Assembly (NCBI GenBank): GCA_001687465.1
Contig: LVLI01000251.1
Location: forward strand, 62,001-126,000
Length of the DNA: 64,000 nucleotides
Reading direction: 5' to 3'
Source: Halocafeteria seosinensis
Lineage: Eukaryota
Shown here: positions 26,208-37,965 of the stretch, in pieces
How positions within the stretch are numbered: position 1 is the stretch's first letter
Layout: every line of letters starts with the position of its first letter
Made by a program: the position numbers and the translations under genes
Notes under the pieces: generated by a model
Seen by the model: only the letters and a program-made list of their open reading frames with translations
The model's database searches: none
Told to the model about the DNA's origin: nothing

Positions 26208-28231
26208 ATGCCGGGAGGAAATTTCCCGGGAGCCACGCTTTGCTTGGGACTCCTTGTCCTTTGCAACGTGGCCAGCAGTGCTCTGGGAGTGTTGTATCTG
26301 CCGGGGGTAGCTCCCCATGAATACAAAGTGGGAGACCCCGTGGAATTAAAGGTCAACAAATTAACTTCTACACGCACACATTTGGGTTTCAACTATTATG
26401 ATTTGCCCTATTGCCAACCAAGGGAAGGCGTCCAAAAGAAAGCTGAGAATCTCGGAGAGCATCTCATGGGTGATACCATAGAAAATTCTCCATACGAGGT
26501 ACGTAAGGCTCGCATGGCACGAGTATCTGAGTTATTGGTCAAGAACTCGCTTTTAATCGTCAAATGCAGCTTTTCATGAAGATGAACGAAACTTGCAAGG
26601 TGCTTTGCGAGCCCAAGCAGCTGACGAAAGAGGAAGTCTCAAAGTTCAGGAAGATGATTTCCAAAAACTACGAAGTGAATTGGATTGTGGATAACATGCC
26701 AGCTGCGACCAACGGGATCACTCCAGATGGGAGCACCATCTATTATCGAGGTTTCCCGGTAGGAGGGCAAGAAGTAGATACCACTGACTACTTCGTGAAC
26801 AACCACGTGCGCATCACAATCTTTTACCATGAAGAACCACAACAATATGAAGGAGCTCGCATTGTTGGATTCGAAGTGTATCCCATGTCGGTGCAGCAAA
26901 AAGTGCAAGGCGGAAATGGGAAGTACAGTTTGTCCGACTGCAATAAAGATGGTTACTCTCCTGCATCGGGGAACTTGCCGAGAATGAAAATAGCAGGCCC
27001 CGGTGCTCCGAAGAACCCTAAGTTAACATTTTCATATGATGTGTTCTGGGTTCCTTCACAGACCAAATGGGCTTCTCGATGGGACATTTACTTGAACATG
27101 GGAAACCGATTCGATCGGGATGTGCATTGGTTCAGTATCATCAATAGTTTGGTGATTGTCGTGTTTTTGTCGGGGATCGTTGCCACCATTTTGGTGCGTG
27201 CATTGAATCGCGACTTGAGTCGTTACAATCGAGTAGCGACTGACGAAGAAAAGGCTGAAGATCGAGAAGAAACTGGCTGGAAATTGGTACACGGAGATGT
27301 TTTCCGCCCCCCTGCGTGGCGCCCGCAACTGTTTGCCATCATCGTTGGAGTCGGTGCGCAAGTGTTGGCTATGTCTGCCCTCACTATTTTGTTCGCTGCA
27401 ATTGGCTTTTTGTCTCCGGCAAATCGTGGTGCCTTGATGATTGCTTTATTGCTACTCTTTCTCCTATGCGGTGTCATGGCGGGATACGTCACGGCGCGGA
27501 CGCACAAGATGTTTAACGGTACTCAATGGCAGCGTACGACAGTGTGGACCGCTGTCGGATACCCGGCCTTCGTATTTGGCACTCTCTTTGTATTGAACTT
27601 GTTCGTGTGGAGTACGGGATCCGTCAACGCCATATCATTCGTTTATATGTTAGCCGTCCTTGCTCTGTGGCTATGCATTTCTGTGCCTCTCGTGTTTGTC
27701 GGTGCATATTACGGGTTCCGTGCTGAGAAGATCACATTCCCTGTATCTGTCAAACCAATTCCCCGCCAAATCCCACCACAGCCGTGGTATCTCCACCCTG
27801 GTATCACTGTGGCCTTGGGTGGATTGCTTCCGTTTGGTGCTGTTTTCGTAGAATTGTTCTTTATTCTGAGCTCAATCTGGTTGGAGTTGTACTACTACTT
27901 GTTTGGATTCCTCTTACTTGTGTTCGTCCTTCTGGTCGTTACGTGCGCAGAAATCGCTATCGTCTTAACCTATTTCCAACTGTGCTCCGAGGACTACAGG
28001 TGGTGGTGGCGGTCAATGGCCACTTCTGGATCTAGTGGGCTCTACTTATTCCTTTACTCGATATATTACCTTCAAACTCGGTTATCTATAGAAGGAGGTA
28101 TCCCAACACTTCTTTATTTGGGTTATATGTTCCTCGTGGCGGTAACATTTGGAATGTGCACTGGGGCGATAGGCTACCAAGCGACATTCCTGTTCAATTA
28201 CAAGATTTATTCAGCTGTGAAGGTAGATTAG
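26208..28231 (+). CDS. Transmembrane 9 superfamily (nonaspanin/EMP70, TM9SF2/4-type) protein; intron 26499-26569
   Basis: YLPGVAP, ENLGEHLMGDTIENSPY, WASRWDIYL, VHWFSIINS, GWKLVHGDVFRPP, IPRQIP, YFQLCSEDYRWWWRS and C-terminal IYSAVKVD. Confidence 0.96.
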
Positions 28232-28354
28232 ATCGTCGCAAGAGAATCCGTCACCGGTGCTGTCGGATAGAAACAATACACACCAACTAGGTATAATACC
28301 GCACTGTAAGAATACGCTATGCTTGTACGCATGTGTATTTGTTAGATAGCGCGA

Positions 28355-30061
28355 TTAGCCTCTTGATCGCTTTTTCCTCTGTGCGGGGAACTTTAGCGGC
28401 ACGGCTAATTTAACGTGGTAACTCTTGGTTTGTGATAAGAACTTATAATTGCATCCAAGTTCGCGGAAGTACTGGTACAAGTTTTTCGGGTCAATCTTGA
28501 GCTCCTCGGCCACCGGCTTAATGTCCATTGCTTGTGAATTGATATGGAGCGCGCAACATGCAATGTACATCATCAGGCGATCTCGCAGGAGTTTCGTCCT
28601 TGAGTATGTAGGTCTGCGTCGTCATACCTCAGCGTAATAAAAATGAATGAAATTAACTTGGAATAGCACAGTACGTACATCCCAGCTTCCTCCACCTGCT
28701 TTTCGGTGAACTTCTCCAGAAGCTGTTGTCCCAAATATTCGGAGAACTTCGACAGAACTGGGATCGCCCGAGCACTTTCCATACTAACTCCTTCCCCACC
28801 ACCACCCGCAGCTTCCTCTGACCCCTGTTGCTTCTTGTTGAGTCCATCGGCGACCTTACGCGAGGGTTTTAGTTGCCGAGGCGCTGAATATAGCTTTAAC
28901 AATGCATCCAAGTACGTATGGACACGGACTTTGTTCTTGAGCTCTTTCTTGTCCACGTTGGACTTGGCCAGCTTGCTGAGACTCTCTACAACCATTGGAG
29001 AGTAGCCCTGTTTCTTCAAAACATCAGACGGGTCCTCTTTCTTTAGAGTTTTTAGTACAGCATCAACGACATTCTTGAGACCACGGCCTTCGTCAGCCGT
29101 AATAAGCAAGTCCAGAGGGTATGCATGCTCCGGAGACGAAGCGTTGGTGTTAAACGGGGGTAGATAGTTCTTGCGAGCTGTCATGGCTGCCTCTTCAATT
29201 GCTTGTTGGGAAGCTTCCTGTGGGTTTACTGACGCTTGTTCTCCTGCATCTAGATCATCCAACGATAAGTTTTTCTCCGTTGTATCCGTCAGGATGTTAC
29301 TAAGACTTTCAGACCCAGCCACATTGTCGATGTCAATCCGGTTTGCCTCGCGGTTTCTTTGTTGTTGTTTTTTCACCTTACTCCCAAAAGTTTCAATGAG
29401 CATTTTTCTTCGTTCTTTATCTGTCAATTCCTCCGATTCCTTGGTTGTCTCTGGAGCATTCTTCATCTTTTGTTGAATGCGGAAAACATTGTCTGCCTGG
29501 ATGAGTTTCACTGTTTGTGTCTGGGAATCGTAAATCCCCACGGCATATCTGCGGAGCAAAAAGGACCACGATTTCATTGGATTTTTGCCGTTGAGCCTGT
29601 TATATCCTATCACATGCCGGGATGCCACACGTACTTGACGGAATCACGGAAAGCTTTTCCCGTGGAAGCACCCGTGTACGAGAAAACTTTATTTTCTCCC
29701 TGTAGGAACTGCTGGCGTTTTCGTTTCGGGTGCTGCAAGTACTGCATCTGAATCGGACCGAGACCCAAACTGGAACCTTTCTTGGCTTTCTTGGACTGAT
29801 GAAAGGACCCTAGACTTTCCGGAGCCGGAAGTCCTTGAGGAAACGAAGCTGTACCAAAAAAAATGAAAGCCCCAAGTACGCGTGCATGCATACGTGCACT
29901 CTTATTGCGTTCCTTTGAGAGTACGTACCTAATACTGCTCCTCGGGAAGCAGCGCCTTTCTCAAAAGACACCGTCACGTTATCTGCATGATGTCCATCGG
30001 AAGGCGCTTCGGCGACGCTTTCCTCGTCTCCTGAGGAAGATGAGGCCGATGAGGAGGACAT
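28355..30061 (-). CDS. RPA49: RNA polymerase I subunit RPA49/PAF53 (multi-exon)
   Basis: YAVGIYD..T..VKLI, LIETFGSKVKK, LPPFNTNASSPEHAYPL, LYQYFRELGC and KLAVPLKFP are A49-family motifs spread over spliced exons. Confidence 0.88.
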
Positions 30062-30339
30062 CTATCTTCCTCCTTAATCAATATATTATAATGTTGTATA
30101 CTGTATGCATGTAGTATATGGAATAGAGACGAACAAACCCCTCATCCTCTCTGAATGTGTCACTACAGTCTACAGCATAAAGTATTGTGTATATTATATA
30201 TGGCACACAGATACACTATCGAGTGTATCATTTGTGTTGCATTGTCATTGCATACAGCACTCTCTGTGTATATTACGTTGCATGAAAGAAAACACGTTGT
30301 ACTTGTACAGTGAAGTGTGAACTGCACCCCATCATCATC

Positions 30340-30942
30340 ATGGCTACGGGAAACAAGGACGATGAGCGCAATACGGAAGCCACTCATCACGCAAGCACCA
30401 GTAGTAGCAGCACGACTATGAGACGACGCTCCGTCGTAGCGCAAGCGTCGTCCAATAGACGGAGGAACTCCTCCTCCTCCTCCTCAGGAAGACGCAAAAA
30501 GCCGCAAGAGCGCCATGATGAGGAGACAATGGAAGTGGATACAGTCACGGAGGCTCCCTCTAATGAGAGTAATGGGATCTTATGGGTACCCGCAGGGGTT
30601 GGAATACGTACGCTGGCGGTGCTCGTGGAGCTCTTGATCCTCGTGGGCGTCTACATTGGAGCACTGATTATCATGGATGGAAGAGTATCGTTAGCATTAC
30701 TCATCGGAGTGATCACGATGGAGCTATATCTATTTGCTAAGGGTACTAGAATAGGAAAGTACTGTTTAGGGATTCACGTCATTAATACGGAGACGCATGA
30801 GCCAGCTGGATTCATCCAAACGTTCTCTAGGGAAAGCATGGTGCTTGTTTCACTAGTTCTTGACATTTTCCTGTATTTCTGTCTTAGACAACGGTTGTGT
30901 GATCGTCTGCTGCAAACGAGGGTAATGAAGCATGCTCATTAA
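30340..30942 (+). CDS. RDD-family membrane protein
   Basis: AGVGIRTLAVLVELLIL, GTRIGKYCLGIHVI, FSRE and QRLCDRLLQTRV match the RDD family pattern. Confidence 0.75.
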   Translation: MATGNKDDERNTEATHHASTSSSSTTMRRRSVVAQASSNRRRNSSSSSSGRRKKPQERHDEETMEVDTVTEAPSNESNGILWVPAGVGIRTLAVLVELLILVGVYIGALIIMDGRVSLALLIGVITMELYLFAKGTRIGKYCLGIHVINTETHEPAGFIQTFSRESMVLVSLVLDIFLYFCLRQRLCDRLLQTRVMKHAH

Positions 30943-31559
30943 GGGTCACGGGGATGGATAATTGACCAATGCAGCCAGAGGACCGCTGCATGAAAGCCTT
31001 GTTAGCAGCACAAGAGGGACTGGACGGTCCGGACCGCGTCGCTCGATCAGACTAGGTGAACTGCTGCCTGAAAGCGTTAGCAGCAAGAGGGACTGAAGCA
31101 CATAGGTAGATCATGCCAAACGATCGAAAATTCGAAAATTCCCCGTGGTTAGGGGATGCAAAATCCAGTGGGGTATCCTGACCAGTAGCCAAACACATGA
31201 GAAGGGAAGCAAAATGCAAAATTCAGGGGGAGATGAAACAAGTGAAGAACTATCAGCGAAAGCTCAACGTTGTACAAGTTTGATTTATTAGACGCTTGAT
31301 CCACGCTCGTCACAAGACTTTTAATTGATGAGCAATCTATCCAGTAGTCTCTGAGCAAACTGATACCTTGCCCTACCTACAATTGCAACAACGAAATGCT
31401 CGCATACAAAGAAGAATGCAGTCTATCAAACATTACAGGTACCGCTATCTCGGTTTAAATACGTATATTGTACGACCTCCCAAAACGATGGTCGGTTATT
31501 TGGGGGATGTCTCCAAGCGCATCTTACCAACTGTTTGCGCCATTCTATTCTCGCGTAGT

Positions 31560-31745
31560 GCCCATTGGAATAAACGCAACAGCAGAAGCACTGCCAGAGG
31601 CTAAACCCAGCCTAAATCGATCAGGATACAAGTCCTTCCGAGTTTGCATTTCCGAAAATATAATTGCAACTGAGAAAACACCAGCTTTTTCATCATAATC
31701 CTCTTGCCTGGCGATTTCTCGGGGCAACAGTAGTTCACGAACTTC
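31560..31745 (-). pseudogene. Fragment of a TKL-type protein kinase C-lobe
   Basis: VNYCCPE, then a frameshift, then IARQEDYDEKAGVFSVAIIFSEMQTRKDLY resembles the APE...YxEKxDVYSFxIxxxExxTRxxPY segment. Stops follow and no N-lobe is visible. Confidence 0.5.
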
Positions 31746-32879
31746 ACGTATCACAGTAGGTTTCGGAACCTGGTTTCCCCAGGGGGCGGACCGGGTGGAC
31801 CCCGACAGGGCGTCCCTGCCGTACCTTGTGTCGGGGGAAACCTCACATATATTGCACATACAACTAAGGTTTGTGAGAAGCACATGGAATGAATGAATCG
31901 GAATAAATTAAAGTAATATTTGTAACCGGTACCGACGGCAATGAGAAGAGGATAGAAGAGAAATGGAGGTGAGCGGTGTCACCCTCGGATGCCATGGATG
32001 TTGCTACAATCTAGCGGCATACATATAATCAACCGCGTGCAACATAAATACGTGGTGTGTGGGTATAGAACGACATACCCAGGCACCAGTGTGTGGTGGC
32101 TTTGTGTTGCATATGACGCCACGGTAGCATTGCTTCCAGCAGATGTTTGTCGGCTCGCTGCAGAAACACGACAAGCATGCTGACAGGTACACGTACGTCG
32201 TATGTGATGGTCAAGCAAGACCGCCTCGTTCAAAATTTTGAATCAGATCGATGAAGCCATTGAATCATTCGGCATAACGCTTTACTACATCGCCCCGAGC
32301 ATGGCACGTGACTGGAAGAAGGTGGTAGGGGCACAGAAAGCAGTAATAGGTCCCACAAAACTATTGAGTGCGGCCATAATGTCATTGGAACCCCCTGGAA
32401 AAGGCGAGAGTCTTCTACATGTTGCTGTAATCGAGTAGAGGAGATATCGTTACTGCTATGCAGGATGCACATTGCTTGTGTGGATGAAATGAAACAGAGT
32501 ATGCATCGCTAGGGAATCTGTTTTATGAAATGGTGCACTGGCTTTCCGAGGCAATCAATGTCAATACCAGCTCCTCGTCATTATATAGATGTCCGTATCT
32601 TTCTTCTAGATCTATGGTATCTTGCGAAGGAGGTTCTTCAGGCCGTTTCTTGAAGAATATATCCGCATCTCCTGTTACGCACAGCCTGTGCATATCTTTG
32701 ACGGATCTCTTCTTCATCCGCGTATATGACTTTATTTGGTTCTGCGACCTTGCAACAAAGAGGAAACGAAACTCAAATGGAGAAGCTGCAGAGTTTGCCC
32801 ACGTACCTGTGTGATTCTGAGGATGACGTCTGTGAATTCAGCGTAAGGCAAACTCATTATCAAGTTCTATGCTCTGCAG

Positions 32880-32987
32880 TTGATCAACATCCCCAACTCG
32901 ATGAGCGTACTTTCCGATCTGTTGCCGATTAGCATACAACTGTTGGAAGATAAGGAGACCGGCACATTCAATTTCACGAACCCTGGA
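32880..32987 (+). pseudogene. Isolated exon of an NDP-4-keto-6-deoxyglucose 3,5-epimerase/4-reductase (NRS/ER, rhamnose synthesis)
   Basis: A 108-nt segment flanked by TGCAG and GT translates LINIPNSMSVLSDLLPISIQLLEDKETGTFNFTNPG, matching the NRS/ER motif IPNSMTVLDELLPISIEM...GIWNFTNPG. No other exons are recognisable nearby. Confidence 0.7.
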
Positions 32988-33759
32988 GTAACCCTTCTTC
33001 ACTCCTTCGGTTGTCCATCCATTCTACAGCTAGGTTAAATAGAGATACAAGTAACTGGCGTATACACGGTGTCGTACTACAATAGCGGAAGCTATGGACG
33101 TGGCCTGTGAATCAACCCTGGATATGGATAGTCTATGAATTGTACTGTTATCGTAGCTAAGGGTGTCCGTGGGGTACAGTTTTCGAGAAACTTACTAAAC
33201 CACGTGTGACTGATACAACTACAAAATAGTTTATATTTTGCTGAAGTGACTGTGTTCATGCAGTGTTATGAGTGCCATGGATATCAACCAGGAGTGAATC
33301 CAAGACTTCATCCTTCACTTCCGCTTGACTTCTGTTCTGTCAGCTCAGGAACTGAAAAAATATAATGAATCGGGAGCTAACTTGTGTGTGGAGCGGACAA
33401 AACTGAATCTTGTTGTTCCAAGTTGACATAATGCAACAAAACTCATCAAGGTCCTGATTCATTGATTCAAGGACCTGAATCAAGCTGTATTCACATTGAC
33501 TGTACATTACAGACTAATTTACAGTGTAGCTTCAATGACTTGGGAGGTCTCTCTGGGTTGTTGATGTTCTTCCAGCAATACGATTTCGTAAAACTTCTGT
33601 CATCTGTTAGTTCATACTGTACATACGTCCGTGGGTTCTTTGTTTCGGGGTTGTGTTTATAGTTGGTACAATGGGGTGCTGTTTTTCCCGGGAGCACGAG
33701 ACACGGCGGAAGAAAGGTGCGCTTGTATACCCTCTATATTGCCTCTTTTGGCCCTGTTT

Positions 33760-34711
33760 ATGAGCCCATTCACTGCAGGAGGGGATGAAGGAGACGAAGA
33801 ATTCTTATATGGAGGTGAATATCACTCTTTGGAGTCGGAAAATGCTCGACCGAATGTGGCTGAAAAGGGTCCCCACGAAGGAGGAGGGGGAGGACAACAC
33901 GCTCAGAGACGTCCCATTAATGGTGCTGCTCAATCGGACACAACGCCGCTATTAAACTCACATAATGGTGTGGAAGGAGATGACCATGATCTACAGAGCC
34001 CACGTCAGGCGCAGCCATTAGATATACCACGTCGAGGAAGCTCCGCCACCAAACACCATCATCGGCATCAAGACCATACAGGGTACGCACGACCAAGACT
34101 GCCCCTTTTGTGTATACATTAAGAGTAGCTTGTGTATATCATGTCTTGCAGGTCGATCGATGAACGGCCGCCCATGCATGGGACACAACAGCGGCGGAAC
34201 TCGTTATTGCAGTTCCAAACGAAGTTGTTGGATTATGCAGAAGAGTAAGTTATATATGCTACCGATTCATACAGGTTGCGTGCTCTTAACATTGGTACTG
34301 ATATTTTAATCTTGCAGGAACTTCATCGAAGCAACAGAGCATGCATTAGTTGTAGAGAAGGAAGACCCGAATGATCCGTCGTCCAAGTATTACATGTAAG
34401 CAATTGCATGTTGGCGAGAATGCATCGTCATTGTAGCTACTCCTGTCTCTGCCGTTTTCGCCTACAGTGATACCTTGAAACAAACCCAGGTAGACGAAAA
34501 CATACTCGACCTAGAGGTACTACCGGAAGGGATTCACTCTTCCCAGTCCAAGACATCCCTTGCGCAATTGTTTGAAGCCCCACCTCACGCGTCAAACCAG
34601 CAGGAAGCTCTCGAGTATGTCGCTAGCTCTGTTAAACGGACAGTGGCGGAAACGTCGAAAGTGAGCAACCCGTATGGACCACTAGTCGTGTACTTCAGCG
34701 ATCATAGATGA
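33760..34711 (+). CDS. Hypothetical protein or 5' part of a truncated gene (4 in-frame exons)
   Basis: MSPFTAGGDEGDEE... continues in frame across three GT-AG introns (donors near 34083, 34245, 34396). It carries a dileucine-like SDTTPLL. No continuation is found after the apparent donor near 34661. Confidence 0.4.
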
Positions 34712-35547
34712 GCAAGTACACGCAATGAGTACCCATTAGAGCGCATGCATGCGGTGTCTTCCCCGTGAAACTGTGGGGGGACTATGATGTAAAATATCGA
34801 TCGCACTTATCACAATACTCCTAGTGCGGCTGGTAGCCGTGGCTAATTGGGCTATGTTGATGACAGAATTCGACTGCTCCTGTCACAGGCTGTCAGGTTC
34901 TTTTTTGCCCATTTAGCGAGGGTTTACTCTTCTCACCGTTGGTTTTGGAGCATGTGCATTTATGGATTATGTTTTCGCACTAAGTAAGTTCTCGGTGCTA
35001 AAATTCTCTTTCGGATGTAGACAGTTGCACACAATAATGCATTAGGTATCGTCGAATCGCTGCGTCCGAAAGGGCTGCCTCTCATAGAACCCCGGCTGCA
35101 ATGAAAGAAGGCCCTACTTAACTTCTACCGGTAGTATTGGACCTTATGACTCGCGTCCACGCCAACTCCAACGAAACAGCAATCTGAGCCTACTATTGTG
35201 GGCTTGCGCATTGCCACCATTGAATAGTCACCGCAGTCTAGCACGTCAACCTATCTTTAGCTCACAGTATCAGCTCCGGTTGTGATGCGGCATGTGGTTT
35301 GCTCATCGTCATCATTGAAATGGCGACAATGCTCTTTTGCCTTAGTTCACAGTATAAGCTTCGGTGCGAATATCATTCGAGCACTACCGCAAAATCAAAG
35401 GCTTAGAAAGGTGAGTCAGTCACATTAGAGAATCGGACGACAGAGTAGACTTCGTACCAAACTGGTTACAACACCCCCCCCTCCTTGTTCTATAGCCTAG
35501 TTCATGCGGCAACTTTTGCAGAAATATTGCATGGAGTCAATATTCCT

Positions 35548-37015
35548 CTACATATTTTCTATCCTGTTTTTCGTAAATAACGTCCCTTCCAATGTGGCGG
35601 CACCAGTGTCAGGTGTATGGATAGGGAGAAACCATTTCCTCCAGTCCTTCCCCATAACCAGTATCCAGTTGTTATATACACCAAAGTCGAACGGAAACGG
35701 GTTGCTGCAAGAAAAAGAAAAAACGCTTGGTCAACCAAACGAAAGTGCGAGGTGCCAAGTTGCATTTAGTACCATTCTTCCCCCATCTCTAGAGTGCTTC
35801 TTCCAATTAGAACGAAGTACGTATGTCCAACACCTAGGCCAATTAAGCTTACAGCGAAGCTAGCAACAAGTATGAACGCTGTCATTCTCCCGTATCTCAG
35901 ATCCTGCAAGGTGCGAGTACCTCGGCACACTGCAATTCCTGGAAAGGCTCCAATCTAGACTTACGCTTCCGTGTTCATTCCCTTCCAAGATAGCAGGTAG
36001 CCAAGTAAGCAGAACAAATGAGCATAGCAAGAGCCCGTAAATCAAGAATAAAAAGAATTGCTTATAATTGTAAAATCCGACGCAGTTTGATACCCACTGC
36101 AAACGAAGAATACTTTAAGTGAGCACCTAAGTAGAAGACAACTACCTAGAAGACTGAACTTACAGGACAGTAATGATCCATTTTCAGGATGCACTCATTC
36201 ATCAAATGGCAATGGTGAGATCTTGGCGGCTTAGCTGCTTGGCATTTTTCACACCACCGTACTCCGTATGGATGCAGTGTAGCTATATGACGGGAGACTG
36301 TATGGGCATACGCCCAATCCGATGCGCAATCTGCATCACTGGGCTGGGGTGAATTCCTTTCACTATCTCCATTTACGTTACCGTCTAATGATCCGGTTTC
36401 GACATCGCCGTTCGTTTCCACAGTATCAGAGCTACTGGGGCCGTTCTTGCTCCTTTCTCCCAGGGAAGCCAGCTGTCGAGGCGTACCACTGGAATCGTCG
36501 TGGTTGGTTATGAGAGGGTGTTCTTCCTCCAGACTTTCTTCCTCTTCGGGTTCATGCTCCCGTTCTTGAGTTCTCTTGGGAGAGGTCCCACGAAAGGGGT
36601 GAGAACCGTGTCGACGAGGTATACGTACTAACACTGCATCTTCGTTGATTCTTGAGCTATCCGCTTCCACATATGGCACGAGCACCAGTCCTTTCCCCTG
36701 GCGTGAGAGACTCTCTAAATTGAATTCACGGTAGTAATGGGTGTACCATTGGGGTACACGGCCTCCATGAGTAAATGTAGTTGCCATATAGGACCATAAT
36801 AGCATCGCCAAGAGCAGATGGAAAGGGAGATAAACCAGCAGTATTTGCTCCCAGGAGGGCGTAAACTCGCTCCTCTCTTGCCGCCTATGATAATAGGAGG
36901 CCGGAAGCGTCAATATGTACTCTGTATAAACGAAAAGGACCACTCCCAGCACCAAAGTCATGGGGAAAAAGCTGGCCGTCTTGGCCAGAACGCCGCGGCG
37001 TTTTGACAGAAACAT
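35548..37015 (-). CDS. DHHC-family palmitoyl acyltransferase with a DHYC motif (ZDHHC2/15/20-like; 4 exons)
   Basis: WCEKCQAAKPPRSHHCHLMNECILKMDHYCP/WVSNCVGFYNYKQFFLF, a TTxE-like STLE, a PaCCT-like FDFGVYNNWILVMG..KWFLP, and four TM helices. Confidence 0.9.
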
Positions 37016-37965
37016 GGTCTGCTGTTGACTAGTCGATTGCTCTCAGTGTATAAGTAGATAGATAGACAGATGCATAAATATCAGATATAACTACTTGCTA
37101 GGTTAACAGATATTGACATTACAGCGCCATTACGCCGTTGTTGCGGCTTGCTCAGAGAAGTTGCTCCCTTGCCAAACGGAAGTCTTGCAGTGAACTGCAG
37201 CAGTTCACTCACATGAAGCTGATTGCCATCGAACACAGTCATGCCTACAGCTAGTTTGATTGATGCAAGGTAATGGGGCCTTTAGTCCATGAAACTCGAT
37301 GGAGTCAACCACCACATTCAGTCCCGTTGGTTTACAACTCGGTATTTGATGCTACACGGTACCACTCCTCAACGCAACGTCGTCCCTCCAATAGCTGTTG
37401 CACAATACACAAACCTCATTCAGCTGCTCGTCCCTTCAGGAGGCTCCCGATCAACACGAATCCGGTGTTTACGTGCGTGTATCCGTTCAAATTATTCTCC
37501 CAGACAGTCCAGACTCTGAGGAGTCCACTCTTCCCTACCAATGTTGCTTACAACTCTGTATAAATTGACCATGTAGATGAACACACCTCTTCCCGCTGGC
37601 ACAGTATGCCATGACTATGGCCAAGGCTATGACGCTGACAGTCCGTGGACAGTTTCTGCGGGAAAAGTCAGCGTGGAAACTGTTCATGGGACAGGTCCAT
37701 GAGGGTCCCTTTGTTGCACATACTCCACCTTACGTTAAAGGCATTGAGTTTGTTTGGCAATTGCGTCCAAGATAAGAGCAAAGAGTGTTAAAGATCCAAA
37801 CGGGGACCGTCGGAACGCTTTGCAACGGACGACGTGCGTGGTCACTCAGAGTTCAATCACCCCCCCACCATTCTGGAATTTTGAGCTCAAATACAGCATA
37901 TTTACAGCTGATACAGAGAGTTGAATCCTCTTGGTGGTTTAAGTTGCCTCTAAGAACGCCATAAA

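Noticed and set aside
32238..32438. ORF with ARDWKKVVG, faintly like RuvC/A22 resolvase motifs
   Set aside because: Only 66 aa, with none of the other acidic catalytic motifs. It cannot be supported.
37273..37700. ORFs between the DHYC and P2X-like genes
   Set aside because: Short, motif-free and not linked to either gene by clear splice sites.
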